Notes under the pieces: model-generated
Seen by the model: the letters and a program-made list of their open reading frames with translations, nothing else
Databases searched by the model: none
What the model was told of the DNA's origin: nothing
Shown: positions 9,227 through 17,846 of the stretch, in pieces
Position numbering within the stretch: position 1 is the first letter of the stretch
Layout: every line of letters starts with the position of its first letter
Made by a program: the position numbers and the translations under genes
Assembly (NCBI GenBank): GCA_964596545.1
Contig: CAZQUP010000005.1
Span: 12,340 to 76,339 of the forward strand
Length of the DNA stretch: 64,000 nucleotides
Source: an uncultured Desulfatibacillum sp.
Lineage (GTDB): Bacteria > Desulfobacterota > Desulfobacteria > Desulfobacterales > SpSt-501
Direction of reading: 5' to 3'

Positions 9227-10182
9227 GCGCGATCGAGGTTCTGGCGCTGGTCGCCGGAGTGGTGATTCTGATTTACGCCGCGAAGTTCCTGATCGAGGGT
9301 TTGATCGGCATTTCCGCCCGTCTCGCCGTTCCTCCGTTCATCCTCGCCATGCTGATCATCAGCATCGATCTCGAGGAGTTCGCGCCGGCGGTGATCGGCT
9401 CCTGGAAGGAGCTGGCGGCGCTGTCCTACGGCAGCATTCTCGGCACGGTGGTCTTTCTGATTCTGCTGGCGCTCGGTTCCGCCGCCGCGCTCTTTCCCAT
9501 CCGCCACCCCGATTTTCCGCTGCGCTACATCGCGCTGCTCGGAGCGGCCCTGGCTCTGGTGTGGTTGCTTTCGCTCGACGGCCTCGTCTCCACGGCGGAC
9601 GGGGTCGTGTGTCTTTGCGCCTACGTCCTTTTTTTGGTCTATCTCATCCGGGACATGCGTCGCACCCGTGCGGCCCGAAAGGAAATCGAGGAAGCCGAGG
9701 GCGAGGTCGGGAAAATCATCCGAGAGCCTTTCTGGAGATCTCCCCTGCTTTTCGTTCTGGGATTGATCGGGCTCGTCGGGGGCGCGCTCCTGGTGATCCA
9801 CGGGACCGAGGCCGTGCTTCGCTGGTCGGGAATCGAGCAGACGGTGCTCGGACTCACCCTGCTTGCCATCGCCGCCAACTCGGTGGAACTCGTGGAGGCG
9901 ATCGTCCCCGCCAAACAGGGCCTGCCCGAGGTCGTCATCGGCAACGTGGCGGGAAGCTCCTTCTTTCAGCTGTTGTTCACGCTCGGGATCTGTGCCCTGA
10001 TCCACCCCCTGCCGGTGGGAACCACGGCGTTGCGCTATTTCCTGCCGGCGGTCGCCGTGAGCTGGGGGTTTTTGTTTCTGATCGTCCGCTTCGGTCGCAC
10101 CCCGCGCTGGGTCGGGATGGTGCTGGTGCTGCTGTATGTCGCCTTCGCGGCGGGAGCGATCGGAATCGGCCTGGCTCCGTGA
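9223..10182 (+). CDS. Sodium/calcium exchanger (CaCA, YrbG-like) family membrane protein
   Basis: Two alpha-repeat halves (IISIDLEEFAP and LLAIAANSVELVEA). ATGA overlap with the upstream chrB-like gene. Confidence 0.7.
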   Translation: MSAIEVLALVAGVVILIYAAKFLIEGLIGISARLAVPPFILAMLIISIDLEEFAPAVIGSWKELAALSYGSILGTVVFLILLALGSAAALFPIRHPDFPLRYIALLGAALALVWLLSLDGLVSTADGVVCLCAYVLFLVYLIRDMRRTRAARKEIEEAEGEVGKIIREPFWRSPLLFVLGLIGLVGGALLVIHGTEAVLRWSGIEQTVLGLTLLAIAANSVELVEAIVPAKQGLPEVVIGNVAGSSFFQLLFTLGICALIHPLPVGTTALRYFLPAVAVSWGFLFLIVRFGRTPRWVGMVLVLLYVAFAAGAIGIGLAP

Positions 10183-10407
10183 AACGCAGCGCTTTACGGG
10201 GCGGAGGATCGCTGATATAAGGTTCGGCCTCGGGGATGGAGTCCCCCTTACAACCGCCCGACCGGGCTGATGACTCCTGCCGCATCCCCTTTTTTTGCGG
10301 CGGAGTCGCCCGGAATGGGGGCATTTCGGAGCGCCGCCGCCAGAGGCGGCTTTTTCTTTGGGCGGTGCGGCCGCTACGCCCGGCAGAAAGGAGTATCGAG
10401 AGTTCCC

Positions 10408-11631
10408 ATGGAAGCCTTCTTCGTCACCGCGGCCGTCTGGCTGGCCCTCGCCGTCATCTCCTCCGTCATCGCCTACCACCTGAAAATCTCGATTGCGCTC
10501 GTCGAAATCTGCGTGGGGGTCCTTGCCGCCGCGGCGGCGAGCCGGTTGGGCCTCTTCGAGGCGCTCGGCACGAACGAAACCTGGCTTAAGTTTCTCGCCT
10601 CCTCGGGGGCCGTCCTGCTCACCTTTCTCGCCGGAGCCGAACTCGAGCCCGAGGTCATCCGCACCAAGTGGAAAGAGGTGAGCGTCGTCGGCCTGATCGG
10701 CTTTTTCGCTCCCTTTCTCGGCTGCGCGGCGCTCGCCTACTGGGTTTTGGGCTGGGACGCCCGTGCGAGCTGGCTCGGCGGAATCGCGCTCTCCACGACC
10801 TCGATGGCGGTCGTCTATGCGGTAATGCTCGAAACCGGCTTCAACCGGACCGAGTTCGGCAAGGGGATCCTCGGAGCCTGCTTCATCAACGATCTGGGAA
10901 CGGTGCTCGCCCTGGGTCTCATGTTCGCCCCGTTCACCTACCGCACGATCGTCTTTGTCGTGATGAGCGTCGCCGTCCTGTCCCTTCTTCCCTCGCTCAC
11001 GGGGCTGCTCACCCGCATCTACGCCCACCGCACGGCGGCCATCCGCACGAAGTGGATCCTGCTCGTCTTGATGGGGCTGGGTGCGCTCGCCCTGTGGTCG
11101 GGAAGCGAGGCGGTTCTACCCGCCTATCTCGCCGGCATGATCCTCGCCGGCAGCGCAGCACGCGACACCTTCTGGGTGCGGCGCATCCGCACGCTCACCG
11201 TCGGCTTCCTCACCCCGTTTTACTTTCTGCGTGCGGGAACCCTCGTTTCGCTTCCGGCGCTCTTCACCGCGCCGCTCGTCCTGCTCGTGCTTCTCGGAGG
11301 CAAGGTCGTATCCAAGATCTTCGGGCTCTACCCCTTCGTCGCCCTCTTCCGCCGCGATCGAAACGAGCGCTGGTACTACACGCTGCTCATGTCCACGGGG
11401 TTGACCTTCGGTACGATCTCCGCCCTCTACGGCTACGCGAACGGGATCGTGAACCAGGAGCAGTACTCGTTTCTCATCACCGCGGTGATCGGAAGCGCCG
11501 TCATCCCCACGCTGATCGCCGGCCTGGCCTTCCTGCCGCGGCACCTGCTCCCCGAAGCCGAAGCGCAGGCCGCCGCGGTCGTGCCGGTATGCACCCCCGA
11601 ATCGCAGAACGGAGACCTGGCCGAAGAGTAA
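10408..11631 (+). CDS. Cation:proton antiporter (CPA2 / Na+-H+ exchanger family)
   Basis: Polytopic, begins MEAFFVTAAVWLALAVISS. ATG at 10408 is preceded by AAAGGAG. The upstream part of the track ORF is low complexity. Confidence 0.7.
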   Translation: MEAFFVTAAVWLALAVISSVIAYHLKISIALVEICVGVLAAAAASRLGLFEALGTNETWLKFLASSGAVLLTFLAGAELEPEVIRTKWKEVSVVGLIGFFAPFLGCAALAYWVLGWDARASWLGGIALSTTSMAVVYAVMLETGFNRTEFGKGILGACFINDLGTVLALGLMFAPFTYRTIVFVVMSVAVLSLLPSLTGLLTRIYAHRTAAIRTKWILLVLMGLGALALWSGSEAVLPAYLAGMILAGSAARDTFWVRRIRTLTVGFLTPFYFLRAGTLVSLPALFTAPLVLLVLLGGKVVSKIFGLYPFVALFRRDRNERWYYTLLMSTGLTFGTISALYGYANGIVNQEQYSFLITAVIGSAVIPTLIAGLAFLPRHLLPEAEAQAAAVVPVCTPESQNGDLAEE

Positions 11632-11655
11632 AAAAGGGAGGAAAGGAATCCCTCA
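11629..11655 (-). terminator. Candidate intrinsic terminator after the Rieske/cyt b operon
   Basis: Minus-strand RNA AGGGA-uuccuuucc-UCCCU followed by UUUUUU. The stem is only 5 bp and overlaps the stop codon. Confidence 0.35.
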
Positions 11656-12654
11656 GCGCCTGAAGACCAAAACCAGGCTGCGCGTGGTCTTGGAGTGGTC
11701 GGCGCCGGAGTCGTCGAAAACGGCGATGGCGAAGCTGTAGCGCCGGCGGGGGTCGAAGACCACGTCGTCGTCGTGCCCGGTGAGGAGTTTGCGGCGCAAG
11801 AGAACTTTCCAGCGCCCGTCGTCATAGCGGCTTTCGGCTTTGACGTCGTAGCGGGAACCCCCCGGCCGGAGGGGCAGGCGGTAGGGGATCTCGTCTCCGG
11901 GGCGGAAGACGGCGTCGGCCGGAATCTCGACGACCTCCTCATACAGCAGCACTCCCGGCACCGCGGGGCTGCGGCCCGGACGGAGCATGTACCGCGGACG
12001 GCCGCCGTCCGTGGTCTCGTTGCGCACATCCCCCCCGGGGCCGCTATCGTTGCGGCGGCCCGTTTCGCGGTAAGAGCCGGTCGGGTTGCCGGCCACGGTG
12101 AGCCAGCCGTCGTCGGCGTAGCCGTAGGGTGCCGACCGCGCCGCTTTCCAATGCCAGAGATCGCCGCGTTCGGCGGGCGTGCGCGTGGCCAGCTTCCACT
12201 GGCTGCGCGGGGTGTCGGGCGGGCTGTGACATACGACGGCGCAGCTTCGCGAGGAAAACTCGTGAATGCGCTCGATCTCGAAGAGAAGCGCAATCCGGTC
12301 CTCGTCCCCCGGCAAATGGGTCCATTTCTCCCCATCATAGCGCCAGGTCTGTTTGACGACACTGCGGGTCGGATCGGGCCAGCTCAAGAGAAAGAAAATC
12401 TCCTCCGCGGTGTACAAAACGCGGGTTGTGACGATTTCGCGCACGTCGGCCAGCTCGAGCCGGCCCGTGACCGGTATCGCCGCGGCCGGAAACCGCGCCC
12501 AGACCGGGTCTTCCAGGCCTTGCGGCGCTTTGGGGACATAGCGTGCGGTCACGGTGAGCTGCCCGGAATCTTTCGCCGGCGGCGCGGCCGCCACCAGCGG
12601 CGCGGCCGCAAGAGCGGCGAGCAGTCCGCAAACGGTCAGCCATTTCCCGTTCAT
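11653..12654 (-). CDS. Periplasmic EB_dh-domain (ethylbenzene dehydrogenase gamma / cytochrome c-552-like) haem protein, paralog B
   Basis: Signal peptide, GDLWHWKAARS motif, and CAVVCH (C-x3-C-H) at 12226-12243. Confidence 0.7.
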   Translation of the reverse strand: MNGKWLTVCGLLAALAAAPLVAAAPPAKDSGQLTVTARYVPKAPQGLEDPVWARFPAAAIPVTGRLELADVREIVTTRVLYTAEEIFFLLSWPDPTRSVVKQTWRYDGEKWTHLPGDEDRIALLFEIERIHEFSSRSCAVVCHSPPDTPRSQWKLATRTPAERGDLWHWKAARSAPYGYADDGWLTVAGNPTGSYRETGRRNDSGPGGDVRNETTDGGRPRYMLRPGRSPAVPGVLLYEEVVEIPADAVFRPGDEIPYRLPLRPGGSRYDVKAESRYDDGRWKVLLRRKLLTGHDDDVVFDPRRRYSFAIAVFDDSGADHSKTTRSLVLVFRR

Positions 12655-12714
12655 GACCCTCTTTCCTTCTCTTTCGGGCCCCCGCGCCTCGGTTTTCCCT
12701 TGTCTTCCTCGGGC

Positions 12715-13818
12715 TCAATGCTCCGGCCGCACGAAGTGCTCGATGTAGCCTATCACGGAAAGAACGGCGATCGCGATCAACACCACTAGGGCCGCCGCCC
12801 AGACCCCGATGCGGCGCGAGGGCCGGCGGTCGGGCGAAGGGTCGAGCCAGGGCAACGCGGCGAGAAGCAGGAAGAGGCCCCCGGGGATCACCGCCGATCC
12901 GACCACGGTGAGGGGGCCTTTGAAAATCGAAACCAGCTGGTTGAGGAAAAGGACCCACCATTCCGGCCGCGGCACAAAGGAGGTGTCGGAGGGATCGGCG
13001 GGATCCCCCAAGGGCGCCGGATCGAGATAGGCCGCCGCCGACAAGGCGATCATCGCCGCAAGCAGCAGGAGCAGAAAACGGTTGAGCCCGGAGGGAAAAA
13101 GCGGGATGGGCGGGCGGGCGGGCGTCGATCCGTCCATTCTTGGCGAGAGGCCGTGGCGCGCGAGGAGATAGAGATGCAGAGCCAGGATGCCGAGCAGGGC
13201 GGCCGGAAGCAGCAAAACGTGCAGGACGTAAAAGCGGGTCAGCGTTACGATCCCCGTAAGCGCTCCCCCCCGCAGCATCTGGACCATGAAATCCCCCAGC
13301 CCGGGGATGGAGGACATGATGCTGAAGCGCACCTGGGTCGACCAGTAGCCTTTTTGATCCCAGGGCAGAAGATCTCCCGTAATGATGAAAAGCGGCATCA
13401 GAAGCAGAAAGAGAAGGCCCGATAGCCACACCGGATGCCGCGGCCGCTTGTAGGCGCCCACGACGAACGCCCGCAGGAGATGAAGCCCCATCACGACCAG
13501 AAGCAAATTCCAGGCGTAGTGGTGAACACCGCGGACGATATCGCCGCAGGGCAGGCTGAAGTGGAAATAATCGACGCTGTCGTAAGCGGTGCCGGGGACC
13601 GGGGTGTAGGAGAAGGCCATCAGAAGGCCGGAGAGAAAAAGCAGGGCGATGAGCGCAAGCTGCAAAACGCCGAAAAATCGGTGCCAGCAGACGGTTTCGG
13701 CGGGAAGCCGAGGGCGCGTGAGCCAGCAGAGCAAACCGTCCCGCGGCGGCGGCGTCCGGCCCTCTTCTTCAAGCATCACGTACGGTTCGCTCATCGCCCT
13801 GCCGTCCTGCGCCGGCAT
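12715..13818 (-). CDS. Cytochrome b (fused b6 plus subunit IV-type) of a Rieske/cyt b complex
   Basis: Haem ligand pairs H-x13-H (HYAWNLLLVVMGLH) and H-x14-H (HVLLLPAALLGILALH), plus PWDQ. The start abuts the upstream stop. Confidence 0.85.
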   Translation of the reverse strand: MPAQDGRAMSEPYVMLEEEGRTPPPRDGLLCWLTRPRLPAETVCWHRFFGVLQLALIALLFLSGLLMAFSYTPVPGTAYDSVDYFHFSLPCGDIVRGVHHYAWNLLLVVMGLHLLRAFVVGAYKRPRHPVWLSGLLFLLLMPLFIITGDLLPWDQKGYWSTQVRFSIMSSIPGLGDFMVQMLRGGALTGIVTLTRFYVLHVLLLPAALLGILALHLYLLARHGLSPRMDGSTPARPPIPLFPSGLNRFLLLLLAAMIALSAAAYLDPAPLGDPADPSDTSFVPRPEWWVLFLNQLVSIFKGPLTVVGSAVIPGGLFLLLAALPWLDPSPDRRPSRRIGVWAAALVVLIAIAVLSVIGYIEHFVRPEH

Positions 13819-14805
13819 CTATTTCTTGAATTCCAGGGTGAGCGTTTCCGAGTCGTAGGAGTCCGCGTCCCCGGAATCGTCGAAAAGCGCCATGGCGAAG
13901 TTGTATTTTTTGCGCGGGTCGAAGGCCACGTCATCCTCGTAGCCGGTGTTGAGCTTGCGCGAAAGCATCAACGTCCAGGCGCCGTCGGCCCAACGACTCA
14001 CCGCTTTGACGTCGCCGTAGGAACCTTCGGCCTTGACCGGCATCCGCGCGGTCACGACATCGCCCGGCTTGAAAACGGAGTCGTCCGTGATCTCGACCGC
14101 GTCCTCGGCGAGCAGGATGCCGTGCTTGCCCAATTTTTTGCCCGGAGCGAGCATGTAGCGGGGCTTGGATTTGTCCTCGGTCATGTTGCGCTTGTCCCCA
14201 CCCTTTCCGGCGTCGGTCCTGCGGCCGGTTTTGTCCGCGCTGAACTTGGTCAACCAGCCGTCGTCCGCATAGCCCGCAGGATCGGAGCGGGCGGCCTTCC
14301 AGTGCCAGAGATCGCCTTTTTCGGCCTCGCTCTGGGTCCCGAACTTGCCGTCTTTGGCGTTCGGGGCGCCCTGGGGAACATGGCAGGTGACGGCGCAGCC
14401 CTTGGTGGCGAAGTTGTTGATGCGGCTGATTTCGGAAAGGAGCGACAGGCGGTCTTCATCGCCGGCCTGCGGAGTCCATTTCTGACCGTCGAATTTCCAG
14501 GCGCCTTTCGTCACGCTGAGCGTGGCATCCTTCCAGGTAAACCAGAAATAGATCTCCTCATCGGTATAGATCGCCTTGGTGATGACGGAGGTTTTTTTGT
14601 TGGCGAATTTCTCCTTGCCTTCGAAGGGAACCTCCAGGGCCTTGATCTTGGCCCACTGGGGGTCATCCAGTCCCGCGGGGGCGGTCTTGGAGTAGACCGC
14701 CGTCAGCGTCTGTTTGGCGGCGCCGGTGACATCGCCGCTGAACAGCAGCGCCGCCGGGACAACCAGCAAAAGACTCAACACGGCCAAGCGTAATCGGCAG
14801 CTCAT
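13819..14805 (-). CDS. Periplasmic EB_dh-domain haem protein, paralog A
   Basis: Signal peptide, GDLWHWKAARS motif, CAVTCH (C-x3-C-H) at 14380-14397. GAAGGAGG RBS. Confidence 0.7.
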   Translation of the reverse strand: MSCRLRLAVLSLLLVVPAALLFSGDVTGAAKQTLTAVYSKTAPAGLDDPQWAKIKALEVPFEGKEKFANKKTSVITKAIYTDEEIYFWFTWKDATLSVTKGAWKFDGQKWTPQAGDEDRLSLLSEISRINNFATKGCAVTCHVPQGAPNAKDGKFGTQSEAEKGDLWHWKAARSDPAGYADDGWLTKFSADKTGRRTDAGKGGDKRNMTEDKSKPRYMLAPGKKLGKHGILLAEDAVEITDDSVFKPGDVVTARMPVKAEGSYGDVKAVSRWADGAWTLMLSRKLNTGYEDDVAFDPRKKYNFAMALFDDSGDADSYDSETLTLEFKK

Positions 14806-14833
14806 CGAGATCCTCCTTCAGGGATGTTGTCGC

Positions 14834-15409
14834 TCAACCCAGCTTGATCTGCACCAGCAGCTTTCCTTCTTCGATTTTGAACGGCAGCCGGGTTAGCGGT
14901 TTTTGCGGCGGCCCGCCGGCGGGTTTTCCCTCGGCGTCGAAAAATCCGCTGTGGCAGGGACAGAGAAACAGCTTCCGTCCGGGGTTCCAGATCACGCTGC
15001 AGGCCAGATGCGTGCAAGTGGACGACAAGACCAGCGGCCCGGAGGCGGGATCGTTCTTGGCCCAGACAAAGCCGCGCTGCGGCAGATCCTGCCAGCCGTC
15101 CTTCACGAGAAATTCAAAAGGAAGCATGGTGAAATCCACCGCGCCGAGCTGGTCGGGTTTGCCGAAATCGACCCACTTCACAACCCCTTTTCTGAGAGCG
15201 GGAATCACGACCGTGGACACGGTGGGAACGGCGAGGAGCGCGAGGCTGCCCCCGGCAACGAGCGCGGTGCCGAGGAAGGCGCGTCGTGACAGGAGACAGG
15301 AGGGATCGGGGTTTTTTTCGGAAGAATCGCGGCAAGATGTCATGGAACGATTGACCAAGGAGAAGAAATGACCGTTGCGGATCTCATCGCTATGTTTGTT
15401 AGTTGTCAT
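14834..15409 (-). CDS. Rieske (2Fe-2S) protein with Tat signal
   Basis: SRRAFLG twin-arginine motif, CTHLAC and CPCHSG cluster boxes. An alternative start at 15343 is possible. Confidence 0.85.
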   Translation of the reverse strand: MTTNKHSDEIRNGHFFSLVNRSMTSCRDSSEKNPDPSCLLSRRAFLGTALVAGGSLALLAVPTVSTVVIPALRKGVVKWVDFGKPDQLGAVDFTMLPFEFLVKDGWQDLPQRGFVWAKNDPASGPLVLSSTCTHLACSVIWNPGRKLFLCPCHSGFFDAEGKPAGGPPQKPLTRLPFKIEEGKLLVQIKLG

Positions 15410-15520
15410 GCCACAAAGTATATGTCAAGAAAAAATTATCGTTCCGGAAATGAATCCTTCTGAAAAAATCTCTCTTTGCGCTTGGCGACGCCGCCTAAAC
15501 GCATCCTAAGGGTCTTGACT

Positions 15521-15565
15521 TTCAGATATTTTTGATTATTCTGAAATTTCTATTATTGCTTCAGA
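15521..15565. promoter_or_regulatory. Three alternating TTCAGA/TCTGAA half-sites in the AT-rich region between the Rieske operon and the abrB-like/arsM genes
   Basis: TTCAGA (15521-26), N13, TCTGAA (15540-45), N14, TTCAGA (15560-65). ATTATT is repeated next to two of them. TTGACT at 15515-20. Confidence 0.4.
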
Positions 15566-15596
15566 ATCCAAAATAAAAAAACAGTCGGGAAGCGGC

Positions 15597-15878
15597 GTGG
15601 AAAATTTCTCGAGATGCGGCGTGGCATGCTGCCAGGTCGAGGCGATCATCAGCGTGGACGATAAGGGCCAGATGGTTCTGCCCAAGGCGGTGCGCGAGCG
15701 CGCGGGCATCCGGCCCGGAGAAAAGCTCGCCTTGATCGGCTGGCAAAAAGAGGGGGGAATCTGCTGCCTCGGCCTGATCAAGGCCGAATCGCTCGCGGAG
15801 ATGGTGCAACAACTGCTCGGACCTTTGATGAAAGACATCACAGGCCCAACCGGGCCGAAGGCGGGAGACGACGGATGA
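15597..15878 (+). CDS. Cysteine-rich AbrB/MazE/SpoVT-domain protein
   Basis: GTG start. The [24 protein letters not shown] swapped-hairpin motif is flanked by C7, C11-C12 and a second vicinal CC pair. ATGA overlap with arsM. Confidence 0.6.
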   Translation: MENFSRCGVACCQVEAIISVDDKGQMVLPKAVRERAGIRPGEKLALIGWQKEGGICCLGLIKAESLAEMVQQLLGPLMKDITGPTGPKAGDDG

Positions 15879-16705
15879 ACGAAAAAATCAAACAACAGGT
15901 GCGCGAAGGCTACGGACGGATCGCCCGGGGGGAGGATTTCTCCTGCTGCGGCGGGGGGTCTTCCTGCTGCGGCGGAGGCCTCTCGAGCCGCGGGATCGCC
16001 GAAAAGATCGGCTATTCCCCGGCGGATCTGGAGCAGGTGCCGGAGGGGGCGAACCTGGGACTGGGCTGCGGCAACCCGGTGGCTCTGGCCGCTCTTGCCG
16101 AAGGTCAGACCGTCCTCGATTTGGGATCCGGCGCAGGATTCGATTGCTTCCTCGCCGCACGCGCGGTCGGGCCGACCGGACGCGTGATCGGCGTCGATAT
16201 GACCCCGGAGATGATCGCCAAAGCCCGCACGAACGCGGAGCGGGCGAAAGCCCGCAACGTCGAGTTTCGGCTGGGCGAGATCGAGGCGCTGCCGGTCGCC
16301 GACGGCACGATCGATGTGATCCTCTCGAACTGCGTCATCAACCTCTCCCCCGATAAAGCCCGGGTTTTCGCCGAGGCCTACCGGGTGCTCAAGCCCGGAG
16401 GGGTGCTCGCCGTCTCGGACATCGTTCTTAAAAAGCCGCTGCCGCCGGCGCTCGCCTCCTCCGTTTCCGCCTACGTCGGTTGCATCGCCGGTGCGAGCCT
16501 CAAGGAAGACTATCTCGCCCTGCTCGAGGCCGCGGGTTTCGCCGCGGTGGAGGTCGTCGAGGAAACTCCGTTTTACGCGATGGAAGAAGCCGCCGATCCT
16601 CTTTTAGAGAAAATCCGCGAAGAGGCGAGGCTCTCCAAACGGGAACTGGAGGCGGCGGCGCAATCCGTGGTGAGTCTCAAGCTGCGGGCGCGGAAAGCTC
16701 CTTGA
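15875..16705 (+). CDS. arsM: Arsenite S-adenosylmethionine methyltransferase
   Basis: N-terminal CCGG..CCGG cysteines, [13 protein letters not shown] motif, and the characteristic [10 protein letters not shown] cysteine. Confidence 0.85.
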   Translation: MNEKIKQQVREGYGRIARGEDFSCCGGGSSCCGGGLSSRGIAEKIGYSPADLEQVPEGANLGLGCGNPVALAALAEGQTVLDLGSGAGFDCFLAARAVGPTGRVIGVDMTPEMIAKARTNAERAKARNVEFRLGEIEALPVADGTIDVILSNCVINLSPDKARVFAEAYRVLKPGGVLAVSDIVLKKPLPPALASSVSAYVGCIAGASLKEDYLALLEAAGFAAVEVVEETPFYAMEEAADPLLEKIREEARLSKRELEAAAQSVVSLKLRARKAP

Positions 16706-17144
16706 AGAGGAAAGCCGCGCTTCGGGGACAAAGGGTGGAAAACTCGCTCGTCCGCCGGATCGCCTCCGGGGCCTCCTCCCGCGCGATCCCGCGGTATCCC
16801 CGGGAGCGGAAGAAGGTCTCCGCCGTCGTCGTGAGCAGATAGAGGCGCGCGACTCCCTGCCCGCGGGCGTGTCTTTCCGCCGCGGCGAGCAGCCGGGCGC
16901 CCAGCCCGCATCCCCGGTACCGGGAGTCGACCGCCAACGAACGCAGGAGCGCCGTTTTCCCGCAGATCTCCAGTCCCACCGTCCCCAAGAGGGTCCTCCC
17001 TTCGAAAGCGCCGAGAAACCGGGGGCCCGGATCTGCGGCGAGATCCGCCGCCGGCAGACCGCAGGACTCGAGCAGCCGACGGATCGCATCCCGATCCGAT
17101 GCCGGACGGATCGTCGCGGTTCCGGCCTTGTCCGCCGACTTCAT
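16677..17144 (-). CDS. arsN2: Arsenic-resistance GNAT N-acetyltransferase (ArsN2-like)
   Basis: 155 aa with IRPA...LLRSLAV...RG.GLG...[11 protein letters not shown]...CP.SA pattern. The track ORF is over-extended upstream. ATGA overlap with the upstream gene. Confidence 0.65.
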   Translation of the reverse strand: MKSADKAGTATIRPASDRDAIRRLLESCGLPAADLAADPGPRFLGAFEGRTLLGTVGLEICGKTALLRSLAVDSRYRGCGLGARLLAAAERHARGQGVARLYLLTTTAETFFRSRGYRGIAREEAPEAIRRTSEFSTLCPRSAAFLFKELSAPAA

Positions 17145-17746
17145 GTCCCGTCCCGCAGCAGGTTCTTCTTGAGCAGCTTCAGCCCTTCCTCGCGTGCCTG
17201 GAGGACCCGTTTCAACTCCACGCCGCCGAGCTCGGGCCGCCGCAGGATCTTTTCCGTGAGCGCCCGACGGTAGCGCAGGTACTCGTCTTTTTCCGAGATC
17301 GCCGCCGGAACTTCCTCCACGTGGAGGAAGTCTTCGATCGAGCGGTTTTTGCCGTTGCGGTTGCCCTCGGTCAGGTCCACCCGGAACCGGCCGTGGACGA
17401 GAAAACAATGCACCATCGGAATGTAGGGCAGGCCGAACTCCTCGAGCAGTCTGCGGGTTCCGCTCACGATTTCCTCGGTCATGGCGTAGATGCCGATGTG
17501 TTTGCGGATGTCGAGTCCCTGCTCCTGAGCGAGGGTCCCGATGACGGCGTGTTTGGTGGTGCAGGTGCCCATGCTTTCTTTGAAGAGGATCATCAGGTCG
17601 TCGCGATCGGAGTTGTAGCCGTAGGGAAGCTCGTGGACCCAGCGGCAAGCGTCGTGGAAACGGCGAAGGCTCCGCCGGAGAAACTCTTCGCTCACGGGCC
17701 CGACCGGTGTGAGCTCACAGTCCGGAAACACGGTGTACGGTTGCAT
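17141..17746 (-). CDS. Conserved hypothetical protein, possible transglutaminase-like Cys-His-Asp fold
   Basis: 201 aa from MQPYTVFPD. GTCTTKH ... MVHCFLVHGRFRVDLT has the spacing of a Cys/His/Asp triad. Co-oriented and coupled with arsN2. Confidence 0.35.
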   Translation of the reverse strand: MQPYTVFPDCELTPVGPVSEEFLRRSLRRFHDACRWVHELPYGYNSDRDDLMILFKESMGTCTTKHAVIGTLAQEQGLDIRKHIGIYAMTEEIVSGTRRLLEEFGLPYIPMVHCFLVHGRFRVDLTEGNRNGKNRSIEDFLHVEEVPAAISEKDEYLRYRRALTEKILRRPELGGVELKRVLQAREEGLKLLKKNLLRDGT

Positions 17747-17846
17747 GGGAATCCCTCTAGGGAGCCGCCCTGCGGCGGGTTGAGGTTCAAGCGGATGATA
17801 AGGCCGCATCGTTAAGAAACGATGAGACCCGCGGTCTTTTTCCTTC

